64,000 bases of DNA, from positions 5,270,001 to 5,334,000 of the forward strand of contig NC_135671.1 in NCBI RefSeq assembly GCF_964188315.1, written 5' to 3'. The translations under genes were made by a program, and so were the position numbers. This DNA comes from Podarcis muralis. Its lineage: Eukaryota. The stretch's first letter is position 1. Every line of letters starts with the position of its first letter. Positions 25,258 through 39,805 of this stretch are shown in pieces. The notes under the pieces were generated by a model. That model saw only the letters and a program-made list of their open reading frames with translations, was not told the DNA's origin and made no database searches.

Positions 25258-25466
25258 GAACTGTATTTCACGAACCTTTCTAAACAGAAACAAAAGCGAG
25301 TAATGGAGAAGAATGGGAACAACCGGAAACTTCGGGTTTGTGTTGCTACCTGCAACAGGGCTGATTATTCCAAATTGGCCCCAATCATGTTTGGCATTAA
25401 AGCAGAGCCACAGTTCTTTGAGCTGGATGTTGTGGTTTTGGGTTCCCACCTGATTGATGACTATGG
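25258..25466 (+). CDS. GNE: GNE exon 2; canonical ATG at 25303; first 45 nt code [15 protein letters not shown] in the long isoform
   Basis: Acceptor tttcag|; [27 protein letters not shown]...; donor GG|GTAAGG; 164 coding nt from the ATG. Confidence 0.98.
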
Positions 25467-25929
25467 GTAAGGTGTATGATTTTGTTTGTTCTGCTATCTT
25501 GGCAGCCATGAATATACTTGCTATTGTTACTGCATGCAGTGCTGATAAATACATCAAATAGGACAATCTCTATGAACTGATTATGTAACAATTGATTTAT
25601 TGCTATTTTTGCAAACAATACCAGACACATAGTAGTAAAGCTGAGGAAAACTAATAGCAACTTTTATTCTTCTATGTCACTCATAACTGCAGTGCCTTTG
25701 TTCTGTAATAAAATGTTACCTTGGAATATGGCACACAATATTTAATCAAGTTTAAAAAGAATGGTAGGCTAAGTCTTAGGGTTGAGAATGCATGGAAAGC
25801 CTTGGAGTATGTTTATTTTTCATCTGCTTTTCAGGGAATAAAAGCATAGCAGTGGACATGGCTGGGAAGCAGTTTCTGCCTTTTCCTGGGGTACTTTTTG
25901 GCACTGAAAATCTTAGAAATAGTTATTTA

Positions 25930-26312
25930 CCGTATTTTTTGCCCTGTAGGATGCACTTTCTCCCCTCCAAAAATGAAGGGGAAATGTGTGTGCGTCCTAT
26001 GGGGCGAATGCAGGCTTCAGGAAGCTATCTGCAAGCATTGGGAGCCTGGCAGGAGGCTCCCAAGGCTTGCAGACAGCAGTCTGCAGCCCGAAACCTGGGG
26101 AGCACTCTGCAGCGCGTCCCAGGCTTCAGGCAGATGTCCCAAGGATTGCGGATAGCAGCCTGTTCTGGGGGCTGGGGTCGGGGGAAGCTCGGACTTCCCC
26201 AGCCCCACGCCTGGGGGGGAAATAATTTTTTTTCTTTATTTCTCCCCCCCCCCAAAAAAAAAAACTAGGTGCGCCCTATGGGCCGGTGTGCCCTATAGGG
26301 CGAAAAATATGG
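25930..26312. mobile_element. Tc2/Kanga-like MITE, same family as 10916 in the opposite orientation
   Basis: ta|CCGTATTTTTTGCCC ... GGGCGAAAAATATGG|ta; subterminal sequence is the reverse complement of the 3' part of the 10916 element. Confidence 0.85.
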
Positions 26313-27375
26313 TATTTGGGTTTTTAGAGATAACTGCCCTGAACACCATTTGCAGGAGGACTAGGCCAGTTTGATGATCATAGTCCTGATGCTTTGGATT
26401 GCGTTTGAATGTAGTGTTCACAAAACACAACACAGTAATTGGTGTCTTCAAATGATGTTGCAGATATGAACCTAAAAGGAAATTTTGTTTTGCTGTACAG
26501 CAGAAGACGGGGGGGTTGGCACTCTTAATAAAATGATTTTTTTATTGCAAAAGAGTTATTACAGTTTTCCTGATCCCTGTCCCGAACAACTTATTCTGCT
26601 AATATTGTAATTAACACCATGCTAAATCAGAGTTGCAGCTCCATCCATTTTTTTTAAAGCATTGTTTTTCAATAGAAGGCAAATTACAGTGAGTAGCTTG
26701 CAATTTATTTATTTTTACATAGGTGTTCGGTCCAGACCATGAGCGATATCTAAATTGAGAAATGTGTGAGGGCTAAGTAGGAAATGCACCATAATTCTAA
26801 GGAATAATGCCAGCTATTAAGAAATTGCAAGGTCTAACCTTCAAGTCCTTTCTCAGTGATAGCTTTCCATTTTGGCAGGATGCCAGTGGTCACGAAGAAG
26901 TTAGTAGTTTTGCTAACCATCCAATTCAAATTGATGTGTTTGCTTCTTTTTTTTTTAAGATAAAAAATAAAGAGTGCTTTGCTGGCTTTCAAACTTTTTG
27001 GCTGGAATTACAGATTAAATTATGGACTGAAACAATTAAGAATTCCAATGTAATTGAGGCAGGAAAGTAAATCACTTTTGCAGATGGAAGGAAAATATTT
27101 TTCCTCCTCATTCTTATGACTCCTGACTTTTACCCAGTTCTCATTTTGCAGATAGGTTTGTGATTAACACTAATAACGATGCTGGAACATCACAAATGTT
27201 TCGTCTTTCCCCTTTCATTGTGTCTCAGCAGTGTTCATTTCCTCTTACTAACAGCAAAATATAGTTTTATTTTGGTACAGTGCAGTTTCATTTTTATATT
27301 ACTAGTTTTTAAATCCTATGATTATATCAGAAGTTATGTTGAACACTAGAATGCTGTTCATCTCCATATTCATAA

Positions 27376-28005
<630 letters not shown>

Positions 28006-29129
28006 TGAATGCAGGCCACCAGCTTTATATGACAGCCTAATAATAGTGGTTGCAGGTACAGAGCAAAGGGGATGTTTTGTACCCCCTAATGGGGCTGCCG
28101 TCATGGTTAGTGGGATGCATTTGGCTTGGTGTGTCACACATTGTGCAGTCTTTCTTTAGGTTATGTGTTGGAGATTGGTGCTGTTCTCTTACCTCTGATT
28201 AGAGGAGTACGGAAGGCTTATTCAGGAACACACAAGTATAATCATGTGAGGCTGGTTTGTGTACAGTTGGGCTGTGAACATTTGCCCTTTGTGCATCTCT
28301 TTTCCAGCTTTTCCCCAGTGTTATCCATTAGCTTGGGGTTACAGATCACAAGGACATCCTTCATACATTTGGTAGGCTGTCCTGCTGCTGACAAACTGAC
28401 AATGTGGAATAGTGTTAGGTAGGCAGAGGTAGGGTTATAAGCTCAGTTGCACTCTCCTGTCTCACAGGATTATCCTTGCATGTTCCTAAATGCCCAGAGT
28501 CCGACTCCTGTTCATATTCATAAGTAGACATTTTGGAGTGAAAATTAGGGTCTATTAATCTTGGGATATATGGAGAATATTGCAGAACCCTGAGAGAATT
28601 TTGCATTAGGGACAATGAATGTAAGGCATGTACAATAAACAGTGTAGCAGAATATATTTCAAAGACTTCGGATTTGTTGTAACGATCCAGATGAGCCAAT
28701 TCAATTCTTTGGGGTTTGACAATATAAGTTCTTAAATGTAAATCTTCTCCTGCATTGGGGGTAAAACTGCTTATTAGGTTTTGGGTGGAGTTCAAAATAA
28801 ATTGAACCAAGTATTGTATAATATACAGAGACTAGAATCCAATATCTCTGTTTGTCTTTAAAATAAATGAAGACACCTTCCTTTTTTTAAGGCCAAGGAT
28901 TGTCACAAAGCTGAACAGATAAATGATTGTACTAAAATAATCTGGCACCATACATAATTCAGTCTTGATCAGATCTTTCCAAACCACTGGTAGATAATGC
29001 AAGAAATACTCCAGGTAACTACTGTAATGACTTCAGAACAATTTATTTTTTATTTCACAGTGGAATAAATCTTGAGTAATTTCCCAGAATGAAATATGGG
29101 GTTTTTTGGTTCTTGTCCAACCCAATTAA

Positions 29130-29803
<674 letters not shown>

Positions 29804-31345
29804 TAAGGCTAGCAGTGTTCTTGTAGCATAAGTTTTCATGGACAGGAGCCCAGTCCATTGGAAATGTGAAGTGTTATCCTTGGTTAGTAGGCGTATATGT
29901 CTGTACTGGATACCTACAGAGCTACCTTCCTGCATTTCTTTTCTTAGGTGTGCCCAGCTTTGTTACTTAGAAATGATAACTGGCAAATGGGTTTTGTGGC
30001 TGTTTTTAAATAAGGGAAAAATATATTTTCTGCAACCCATGTATCAGAAATGTATAATAAAGCGGTCCTTTTATTTTATGTCTTTTGACCAACTGAGGAA
30101 GCCACCAGATAGAACAGGAAACCAGACAGTAATGTTGCTAATGGAGCAAAAATTGCTTTAGCATTCTCTTGGCATGGAAAAAAAGAGCCTCATACTTGGG
30201 GCAGGGGATAACTTTGACAAAGGAAATAAATCCAATTCCCGCCCCCCCGCCCCCATGGAATAACTAAAGCTGCAAGGGAGGAAAGAAGGTGAAGAAGCTT
30301 GCTGTCAACCCATCTTTTGGCCCAGATGCTATCCAGTATTGTGAGCACTTTGAACTTGAAAGGAACCTATATTGCCAAAGACAAGCCTTGTTGTGATAGC
30401 TCTGTGGCTTCAGATACAAAGGGTCAGAACAAGCTTCTCTCACACAAGCTCTCTGAAGCCATCCTGGTGGAGGGGAGAGGGCTTGGGTGTGTTTTGTACC
30501 TGGCTTAAGCAGAGACACTGCTTGCCTGAATGTGGGGACTGAAATGTCCAAAGAGGACGTAAGGTAAAGTAAGGGGGGAAATCCTCTTCTTCCATGCTCA
30601 TCTTTTTCTTCTCTGCATTGTTTGGTCATGGGGCCCGTTTGTACTATTGCATTATCAAAGCCCATTTCATTGTGCAGCTGTGATCACCACATTCTATGGA
30701 ATTAATGGGCACAAGCAACCATATCTGTATTTGAGTTCCTGTTTTGGAGTCGGTTGTCCTACAGAGGATCAAACATCTTGCGACCAGGCAGCTTGGGCTC
30801 CGAGTTCTGTATAATGTAGCCAAGTGCCTTATGTACTTGCTTGGCAATCACACTGCTATAAGAGTGTGCTGTGCTTTTTGCCACACTTTCAGGGAACACC
30901 ATGTACACTTTTACACGTTCAGCACCGTAGTTGAACTTTAATTCATATACACAGACTGTCATTGCCAAAAGTGTGAAAACAATAGTATAATTATCTTAAA
31001 ATTGAATAGTTATAGTCAATAGCGGACGGTGAAGTGGGGCGGAGAGGCTCACTTGACTTCCCAACAGTTGAACCACTGTTTATTATTAGAGGGGAAAGGC
31101 AGTGGGGAGGTCAGTGCTGTTTGCACTTCACCAACCTCCTCACCCCTTCCCCTCTCCTTCCTGGCCAGGTAAGCACGGCCGCTGCACTATGCAATCTGCT
31201 ACTGATTATTCTAGCCTATCTGCCTGCAATGCAGGTGTAACATCTCTCCAACTCCAATCTCATCACTTGTAACTATGCCTGGTGAGGATATGTTGGTAGC
31301 GTTCAAAAGCAAGTATTTTTCATTTTAAATTCATTTTCTTCATAA

Positions 31346-31471
<126 letters not shown>

Positions 31472-32149
31472 TAAGTACAGTCATTAAAATAGTGAAAATA
31501 CTTTTGTTATGTTGCAACTTTCCCCTGCTGGCTAAGCAGCAGCAGTGCCACTGGTCAGGAAGGTGGCAGTGTGGCATCACACTGGGCTCCTCTGCCAATA
31601 TGCCAAGTGCAGTTGCAGCATAGATTTGTTTAAAGCTATTACAATACTGGAAGTTAGATTTTTGTTAATCCCCAATACGTATTTTTTTAACTTTCCCTAA
31701 TACATATTAAAGTTTGCATCACTAGCAGATAAATGTTAAGCTTTAATACAGGAAGGGCCTGTGGCTGCACCAGCATATAGCTAACAAGTGTTGGTGTTGC
31801 ATTTATATTGCAGAAATATGTTGCATAGATGTTGCATTTATATTGCAGAAATATGTGTAGATATAATTATTTAGGATCAAACTCTCATCTACAAATGGCA
31901 CTGGTGAAGTTTTTCCCCATGATGTTGGTGAAACACTGTTCAGCCACGTTTTATAGAGGATATCATCATTATGTAAAATAGAACCGTTTTATTTCTGTGA
32001 ATTGATCTGATGCTCACAGCGTTGGTTGAGCCCCTTTTGAGTCTTAATGGCCACAAAATGTCTTAAAGTTGGGTATCCTACATTATTCCCCTTTCCTTTT
32101 TATAGTAAGAAGTTTGTAGTGTGACTATATCAAAATAAATTGCAGTGTT

Positions 32150-32368
32150 GATAGTGTGCAGCAGATAAGAGGCTAAACTCCAAATGAGGAACTCCCTGTT
32201 TTAAATCTTTTGTCTGCCACAGACAGCTTTAGGGCAGCCACATTCTCTCAGCCATGGCTCTCACTTGTAATATAGGAATAATAATACTAACTCACTTTAC
32301 AGGATTCTCAGGATTACTGAGATAATGAATATAAAGCACTCTGCACACTCAAAAGCTCTATATACATA
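32150..32368 (+). mobile_element. MIR/Ther1-like CORE SINE, old
   Basis: Degraded tRNA head plus CORE-like cacttgtaatataggaataataatactaactcactttacagg... and tail. Confidence 0.55.
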
Positions 32369-33044
32369 CATTCTCATCAGACTCGCAGTTCACATAGGTT
32401 GCTAATCCATCACATGGAACTCTTCGACATAACTGTAGGAATCTTTAACACTTTCATTCTTCTGTGGGTGTATTTCAATGCTTGATAAAAATGTGTCCGT
32501 ACTGCACTCTTTCTCTAGCTGATCTTTATATCTTTACCATTTCCCATCACTTTCCGATGCGTCATTACAATCTGTGACATATAGTCTGATTTAATGCAGA
32601 GCTACTCAGAAGTACATCCCCCAGAGTTGTTTTGTTTACTTCCAGTTAAGGATGGATAGAATTATAGCTTCTGGTTTTTATGTATAGTGCCAAGGTCATA
32701 AGCACAGTAGAAATAGTTAGAATAATATAAGTGCATAATTTTGCCAACTAGGCAAAAACCCAGCTAAATTCTTGAATAAGCAGTATGCAGGTTGATATAT
32801 AGATCTGTGAAAAATGTCATTTTAGATACCCTTAAATGTAGTTTTCCAGTTGAAATAGATGAGATTTAGATTGACAACTTTTGACTAAATTCTATAAATT
32901 TGCAAATCAGTTATCACAAGCGCAAATTCTTCCTGACAAAATTGTATTTTTGTCTTCTTCCCCCCTACTTGCAATCTAGAAATCATTGATTAGGAAATTA
33001 AGGTGTTTTGTAACATGTCACCTACATTAATTGCTGTTATTTGA

Positions 33045-33335
<291 letters not shown>

Positions 33336-35235
33336 TAAGAAGATTAATGGATCACGTTTAAAAAACCATGCAGAATGTGCATGTTTATCTATTTATGTGG
33401 TACTGTTTTTGAGGTTGGTCCAAAGGCTTCAGCTGGTGCAGAACACAGTGGATGGGTTGCTTTTGGTGGCAAACTACCACTAGCATATAACACCTTGCTA
33501 GTTAGATTTGTACTGGCTGCCAATCCGTTACTAGGCCACGTAGAAGGTTTTGGTACTTACAGTCAAGGGTCTATATAAAAGCAGCATATTTAATAGACTG
33601 CCTTATCCCTAACATACCACCAAATAGGTCACTGCATTCTGCAGGAGAGTTCCTCATCAGAAGCCTGCTCTACAGTAAGATGGAGCAGGAATTTTAGTGT
33701 TCTGCCCCTGTCCTGCAGAACACCATCCCTGCTAAGATATGACATTTTCCAGAAATTATTGGATACATCTTTCTTTCAAAAGCTTCTGTTGCATGTTTTG
33801 AAAAGCTCATAATGTTAGTTTTGTGCTGTTTTTAACTGCTTTTGTTATGTTTTGTGCATCACTTTGGGACATATGTGGAAGGCAATTAATAAATAACAAT
33901 TTCACTCAACCATAAGGCAGTTCTGTAGGGAGAGTAGCATGTTGGCACTAAATTAGCTGCATAGGAAAAGCCCTCTGAAACCCAAAGGCATGAGAATTTC
34001 CTATCTCATATACAGCCTACTTCAATAAGTTTATATTGATCCATAGTCATAAAACAAAACTTACAGCTATAGCCATACATGAATGTCCCAGCAATCCAAA
34101 AAGGGTTGTACACTTGAATTCAAACAATTCACAGAAGAAGGTGTAAGTCAAAATCCTATTGAACACTCTTGGGAGTGGGATTGAACCACTTAAAAAACAG
34201 GAAGAAAGTCTGTCACATGCAGGTTACATCCTGGTTGCTGGTGAAGCCTGCATACAAACAATGCATATCTCCAGCATATCTCCAACAAGATGAACCCCTG
34301 TGCTATGCAACTGGAAGGCATTATGCGGGGTGGGTCTACCATGCTAGTATTCCTGGTGAATAACTTAAAACATTTTTTTAAAAAGCTTGATTTTATTTAA
34401 TGAAAGGGTTGGCATCCACCTGTCTCAGGAGACAGTGAAGGAGTGCATCTTGGGGGAGGGGGTGGCACAAAGTAAACCATTGGAAGGTTGCAGTGCCTGC
34501 TGTGGTTGTAAAGAACGATACGAGAGGGACATGTTTTGTTGCAGCTGGGGCAGATGAAGCTATCCAGTTGTGCTGCTGCAGATGTACCATGGCATTTCTT
34601 TTCTCTGCGCTCCTCCTAGCGGTCCTTCCTCTTCTGGTCACTGCTACATGTGCAGGACCTGTCTGTCTGTTTCCAGCCACTGCAGCCATCTGCAACCTTA
34701 CATTATTTATTTAATGTAAACTCTTTTAAAAGTACAGGTGACAAGCACTGTTTCAGAAGGGATAGTCTCCTCTTCACACTTGCAGAGGAGGGATCCTTTT
34801 GTAAGATGGCACCTGCTGTGAAATACTCACACGTCATCTAAAAACAAAGCTAGTATGCTTATTTCCCTTAAACGATTGTTTTTATTGCTCCATTGCTCCT
34901 TTCCTGCTGTAGAGTGTGTTGACCTCACCATTTTCCTCCCATCTGGAGTGCAAACAGTCTTTGGACCAGCAATTAAGCATAGACTGAGCTTGGGCATATA
35001 GCTTGTAGGAGTAGGATATGCCAGTTGAGTACATCCCATCCCTGAATGAAAGCCCAGGGAGGTTGCATGTCCACACACAAACACTTCTGTCTCCTCAGCT
35101 TACATTTGTATACTATGCATATTCTCTTGCTCTTTGATCCCTGTCACATATTTGACAGCCTGTGGAGAAGCCACTTTTAATATAGTTGTGGTCAGAAAAA
35201 TATGAGAAGCTTAATGGTGTTTTCCTCTCACTTAG

Positions 35236-35365
35236 GGTGAAATAGTTAAGAAATATACCCAGCTGAATCCAAAAACTTACGAGGACAGAATAGCGTTGAT
35301 CCTTAAGATGTGTGTAGAGGTTGCCTCAGAAGCAGTAAATCTGAACTGCAGAATTCTGGGTGTGG
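35236..35365 (+). CDS. GNE: GNE exon 8
   Basis: 130 nt; [19 protein letters not shown]...CRILGV; donor GTAAGT. Confidence 0.98.
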
Positions 35366-36011
35366 GTAAGTTTTTAACAAACATTTTATTTTATTTTTAC
35401 TTCACTAAAAGAGAACATTAAATCAAAGTGCTATATATTTCAAAGATAATTACTATATTTATTGATTTAGAACATTTTGTTGAACAGAGTTCCCTGGGTG
35501 CTGCTGTACAATTTAAACTGACTTACTACAGAAAACAGTTAAAGGCAGATCTGTTCGTAATTATAAACTGCAAAATGCATTACTATGTTATATTAATGCT
35601 TATATATAGTTTTGTAATTCTGCACCTTGTGCTTTTCATAACAAGTTGCTAAATTCTGCAAAAGTAATTTGCATTTGCACATACAGATTTGATCATATTC
35701 TTTTCCTTTGAGACTAAAGGGGAAAAAGGCACTGATTGCAGTACTAAAGGTTGGGGTGACATAGAAGACACAGCCCTAATCAGCCTTTAAGTCCTTTGCA
35801 GCTTCTAGGATCCCTTTTACTTTTATATCAATCAGATGTGTGATAGACAAGGAACAATGAAGGACAAGTCAAAAGCTGAAGCCAGCTAGTGCTGTTGATG
35901 CATCTCCTTTAAAGTTTGAAGAAAATGAGTGACAGTTTGTAGCTTGCTTAGGGGGGATTACTGATGACTGCCTATTTTTATTTGAAAATCTGAAAGGTGT
36001 TTCTGAATGGC

Positions 36012-36015
<4 letters not shown>

Positions 36016-36044
<29 letters not shown>
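36016..36044. repeat. Poly(T) run, about 29 nt
   Basis: Directly visible, upstream of the exon 9 acceptor. Confidence 0.9.
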
Positions 36045-36099
36045 GTATATTATAAACACCGGATTTAGATGCTCTCCTTTCTGGTTCTTTGTGGCTCAG

Positions 36100-36321
36100 G
36101 TATTTCTACTGGTGGACGAGTAAATCCCCGAGAAGGCGTTGTTCTTCATTCCACAAAACTTATTCAGGAGTGGAGTACTGTTGATCTGCGGACTCCGATA
36201 TCGGATGTGCTTCACTTGCCAGTGTGGGTAGACAATGACGGTAACTGTGCAGCTTTGGCAGAGAGAAAATTTGGGCAAGGAAAAGGAGTGGAAAACTTCG
36301 TAACCCTCATCACTGGTACAG
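36100..36321 (+). CDS. GNE: GNE exon 9
   Basis: 222 nt; [12 protein letters not shown]...[14 protein letters not shown]...LITGT. Confidence 0.98.
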
Positions 36322-36713
36322 GTATCTATCTATGTGCTTCGGCCAAAATCCAACGTAGAGCTAAACCACTGAAATCCTGCATTTTAAACACATTTAAATA
36401 TTGGGTTGGATCATAATTGCTGACTCAAAGCAGTAGTTGTTTTTTTTTTAATGGATTATGTGCCAGTGGTTGCCGTTTGAACCTGACTGTTCGCTATGAC
36501 ATTTAATTTCCCTTAACCTATAGGAAACATGTGGCAATTTTGGGTAGTAGCAGCTCAAATAGCAAGCTTTTCCTCATTGATTATGGCACTCATAGAAGAG
36601 CATGTATGAGTCAAATCAAACTTGCTAATTCTCAGATACAAGTTCAAGAAGGAATTGCTGCAAAATGGAGTGGGGGGGGCCTTCCACAAGCATCCCCTAT
36701 GCACCATTTAGTG

Positions 36714-36964
36714 CAGGGGTAGGCAACCTAAGGCCCGTGGGCCGGATGCGGTCCAATCACTTTCTCAATCTGGCCGGCGGACGGTCCGGGAATCAGCGTG
36801 TTTTTACACGAGTAGAATGTGTGCTTTTATTTAAAACGAATCTCTGGGTTATTTGTGGGACATAGGAATTTGTTCAGATATTTTTTTCAAAATATAGTTC
36901 GGCCCACCACATGGTCTTAGAGACGGTAGACTGGCCCATGGCTGAAAAAGGTTGCTGACCCCTG
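36714..36964. mobile_element. hAT-Charlie-type MITE
   Basis: CAGGGGTAGGCAACCT ... AGGTTGCTGACCCCTG; TSD atttagtg / gtttagtg. Confidence 0.92.
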
Positions 36965-37285
36965 GTTTAGTGCTATTCATTGAGGTCCTCTGACCCTTTG
37001 GATAGATTTTCCTGGAGTACAAGGAGGAGGAGATGGAAATGCCCCTTCCATACTTTCTTCTGCTCACAGTTATACCCAAGCCGTAATGTTGTTTAACCAC
37101 TTTGGGATGTGTTAACTGAGATTGAAATACTGCATATAATTGAAAAAATAAATAAATAGGTGTGGAAAATATATCAAAATGGAATGGAGATTTACAAATT
37201 CTAGTAGCAGAAGATGCCTGGCGTTTATTTTTTAGAATTTTGTTGTTTTCTATCTCATGAATTAGAAAGGAAAAAAAAGTTTTAA

Positions 37286-37531
<246 letters not shown>

Positions 37532-37708
37532 TAACCACATTATGTGCATGTTGCAAGCAATCTAAAAGGAAAAAAGTTCATATACAGAACGTTCATTTAA
37601 ATAATTACAGTGTCAGAATACTAAATATAGTTTTGGTAGCAGCATTTTCAAGGGCAATTTTACTTTGCTGTCAGTAGCCAAGCCAGTATAACTTACTTGC
37701 AAAGCAAG

Positions 37709-37791
37709 TCCACATCTGAACTATGCACACATGTTGCATAGGCATTCTCAACAGGTGCCTATGCAACATGTGTGCATAGTTCAGATGTGGA
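37709..37791. repeat. Perfect 36-bp inverted repeat with 11-nt spacer
   Basis: 37709-37744 is the exact reverse complement of 37756-37791. Confidence 0.95.
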
Positions 37792-38641
37792 AAGCCAGGT
37801 GTTTTACAAGACTGCTCAAAGTAGCCCAGTATGACTGAATATAAGGCAATTTCCTCCGGCCATATACATTTGAATACCTTTATTTGGTGAAATGCTGCTT
37901 TTTATGTCTTCTCAGCTGCCTCATTCTCATGATGAAACTTTGGCAGTAGCTACTTTAAGACCTCAGAGCAGCTTTGTTTTATTTTAAAGTTGATAAATTA
38001 CTTAAATCACACCACTTTACATTGATAAAGAATTATCGGCTCCACTGGTTCTAGTCACCAGATAGTAGCTCTTCTGTTTATAGGGAGCAGAAAAAGAGAG
38101 GGGCCGGAATTCAAAAAGCACCCCACTGATACTGAGTTAGTATTTGAATACTGAGTGGCATAATATCGGTGTGACTGGTGGGGCAGCCACAGCAATAGCC
38201 TCCAGGCAGTGGCCTAACTGCTACTTGGGAAAAGAGGGTTGAGGCAGAGGTAAGATTGGGACTGCACCTACAAATTCAATCTGGTGCTCCTACTGTTCCA
38301 CCTGCACATGCCTGACCTCACCGTTTTGCCTCTCCTGGTAAGTGCTAGTAATGCCCCTTTGTAGCTCCACTCCACCAAACCCCACCCCACCCATGGTCTG
38401 ACTATAGTTTAAGCAATAATACTATGTTGAATCATGCATGCACAAGCAACCCAATGGGGTATCTCTACAGAGTAGTTTCATATCATCAAAGAGCTACAAG
38501 GGCCTTGTACTTACTTGCTCCCATCAGGATCTGTATTTCGTTGCCTTCTTATGTCTGGTGAAATGTAACAAACCACTAGTTTGTTTATGGTAGTGCTTGA
38601 ATTGTAACGCCTTGTTCTCTTCCCTTTTCTCTCCCCCCCTC

Positions 38642-38680
38642 TTTTTTTTTTTGTTTTGTTTTGTTTTGTTTTGTTTTGTT
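38642..38680. repeat. (TTTTG)n tract forming the exon 11 polypyrimidine tract
   Basis: Directly visible. Confidence 0.9.
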
Positions 38681-38687
38681 CAAGCAG

Positions 38688-38804
38688 AGGATTTATTGTT
38701 AATTGGGGGGATGTCTGTAATGAAGGAAGAGACAGTAACTGCTGCACATCTCATTCAGGCAGCCAAACTAGGAAATACAAAAGCTGACCATATTGTCAAA
38801 ACAG
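38688..38804 (+). CDS. GNE: GNE exon 11
   Basis: 117 nt; [39 protein letters not shown]; tandem acceptor AAG-CAG. Confidence 0.96.
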
Positions 38805-39569
38805 GTAAGAATGCAAACAAGGAGCAGAAATCTTTGTTAGATCCTGGCTAGGGATAAAGATGTGATGTGGTGAGACTGGGGAATATTTGCTGTCTGAAAA
38901 ACTGGTTCTGTTTGCAGGCAACGCATGGACGTTTTGCAGATAGCTGTCTGACATAAGCTGAATTGAATGAAGGCCCTTGTCACTTCAGCTGTGTCCTGTT
39001 CTTCTCTTCTTTGCTGGATGTTCTAAGCATCAGTCCAGCCCACAATTTAAGAAACTATATATGCTCTTAAACAGAATAATACCTATCGGGGATTGTTGCT
39101 TTCTGGGACGTTCTGGCATTTCTATTCCTGTGCTAGACTGGAGTACAATATTATTTTGTGAATCTTGTGTTAGCTGTCTTGAGATCTTCTCTGGGATGTA
39201 AGCCTTCAAAATAAATAAGTACACATTAAATAAATGAAATTTGTCACATGATACCAGAACCTTTTTCAAATTAGTTTTAATGACTCTTAAGCTGCCCTAA
39301 AATAAAAGCAGGCAGTAGCTTTATTTTTGACATTTGAAAGTGGTGTAAGAGAGACATGGTGTTGCACACTCACCCCCACTATTACCTCTAATAAACATGT
39401 TTCATGGTGTGTTAACAACCTTGCAAAATCTGTTTGTATATGACAGTGAAGCAAAAGAACTGTAGATATAGACCAAGGGCAAGACTACTTCTGTGGAAGC
39501 ATTTTTCAACTTTAAAAAGTTGCCTCTTGACCACTGCCATATTCATACTTCTGTTTCTTCTTTTCACAG

Positions 39570-39805
39570 CAGGGAAAGCTCTGGGCCTTGGAGTTGTGAA
39601 CATCCTGCACACTATTAACCCCTCCCTTGTGATACTTTCTGGCATCCTTGCAAGCCATTATATCAACGCTGTCAAAGATGTGATTCATCAGCAGGCCTTG
39701 TTCTCTGTGCAGAATGTCAAGGTGGTTGTCTCAGAGCTGTCGGATCCTGCCTTGCTTGGAGCTGCTAGTATGGTTCTGGACTATACAACACGCAGGATAT
39801 ACTAG
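39570..39805 (+). CDS. GNE: GNE exon 12, coding part ending in TAG
   Basis: 236 nt; [18 protein letters not shown]...[15 protein letters not shown]; core exons sum to 2169 nt. Confidence 0.98.
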
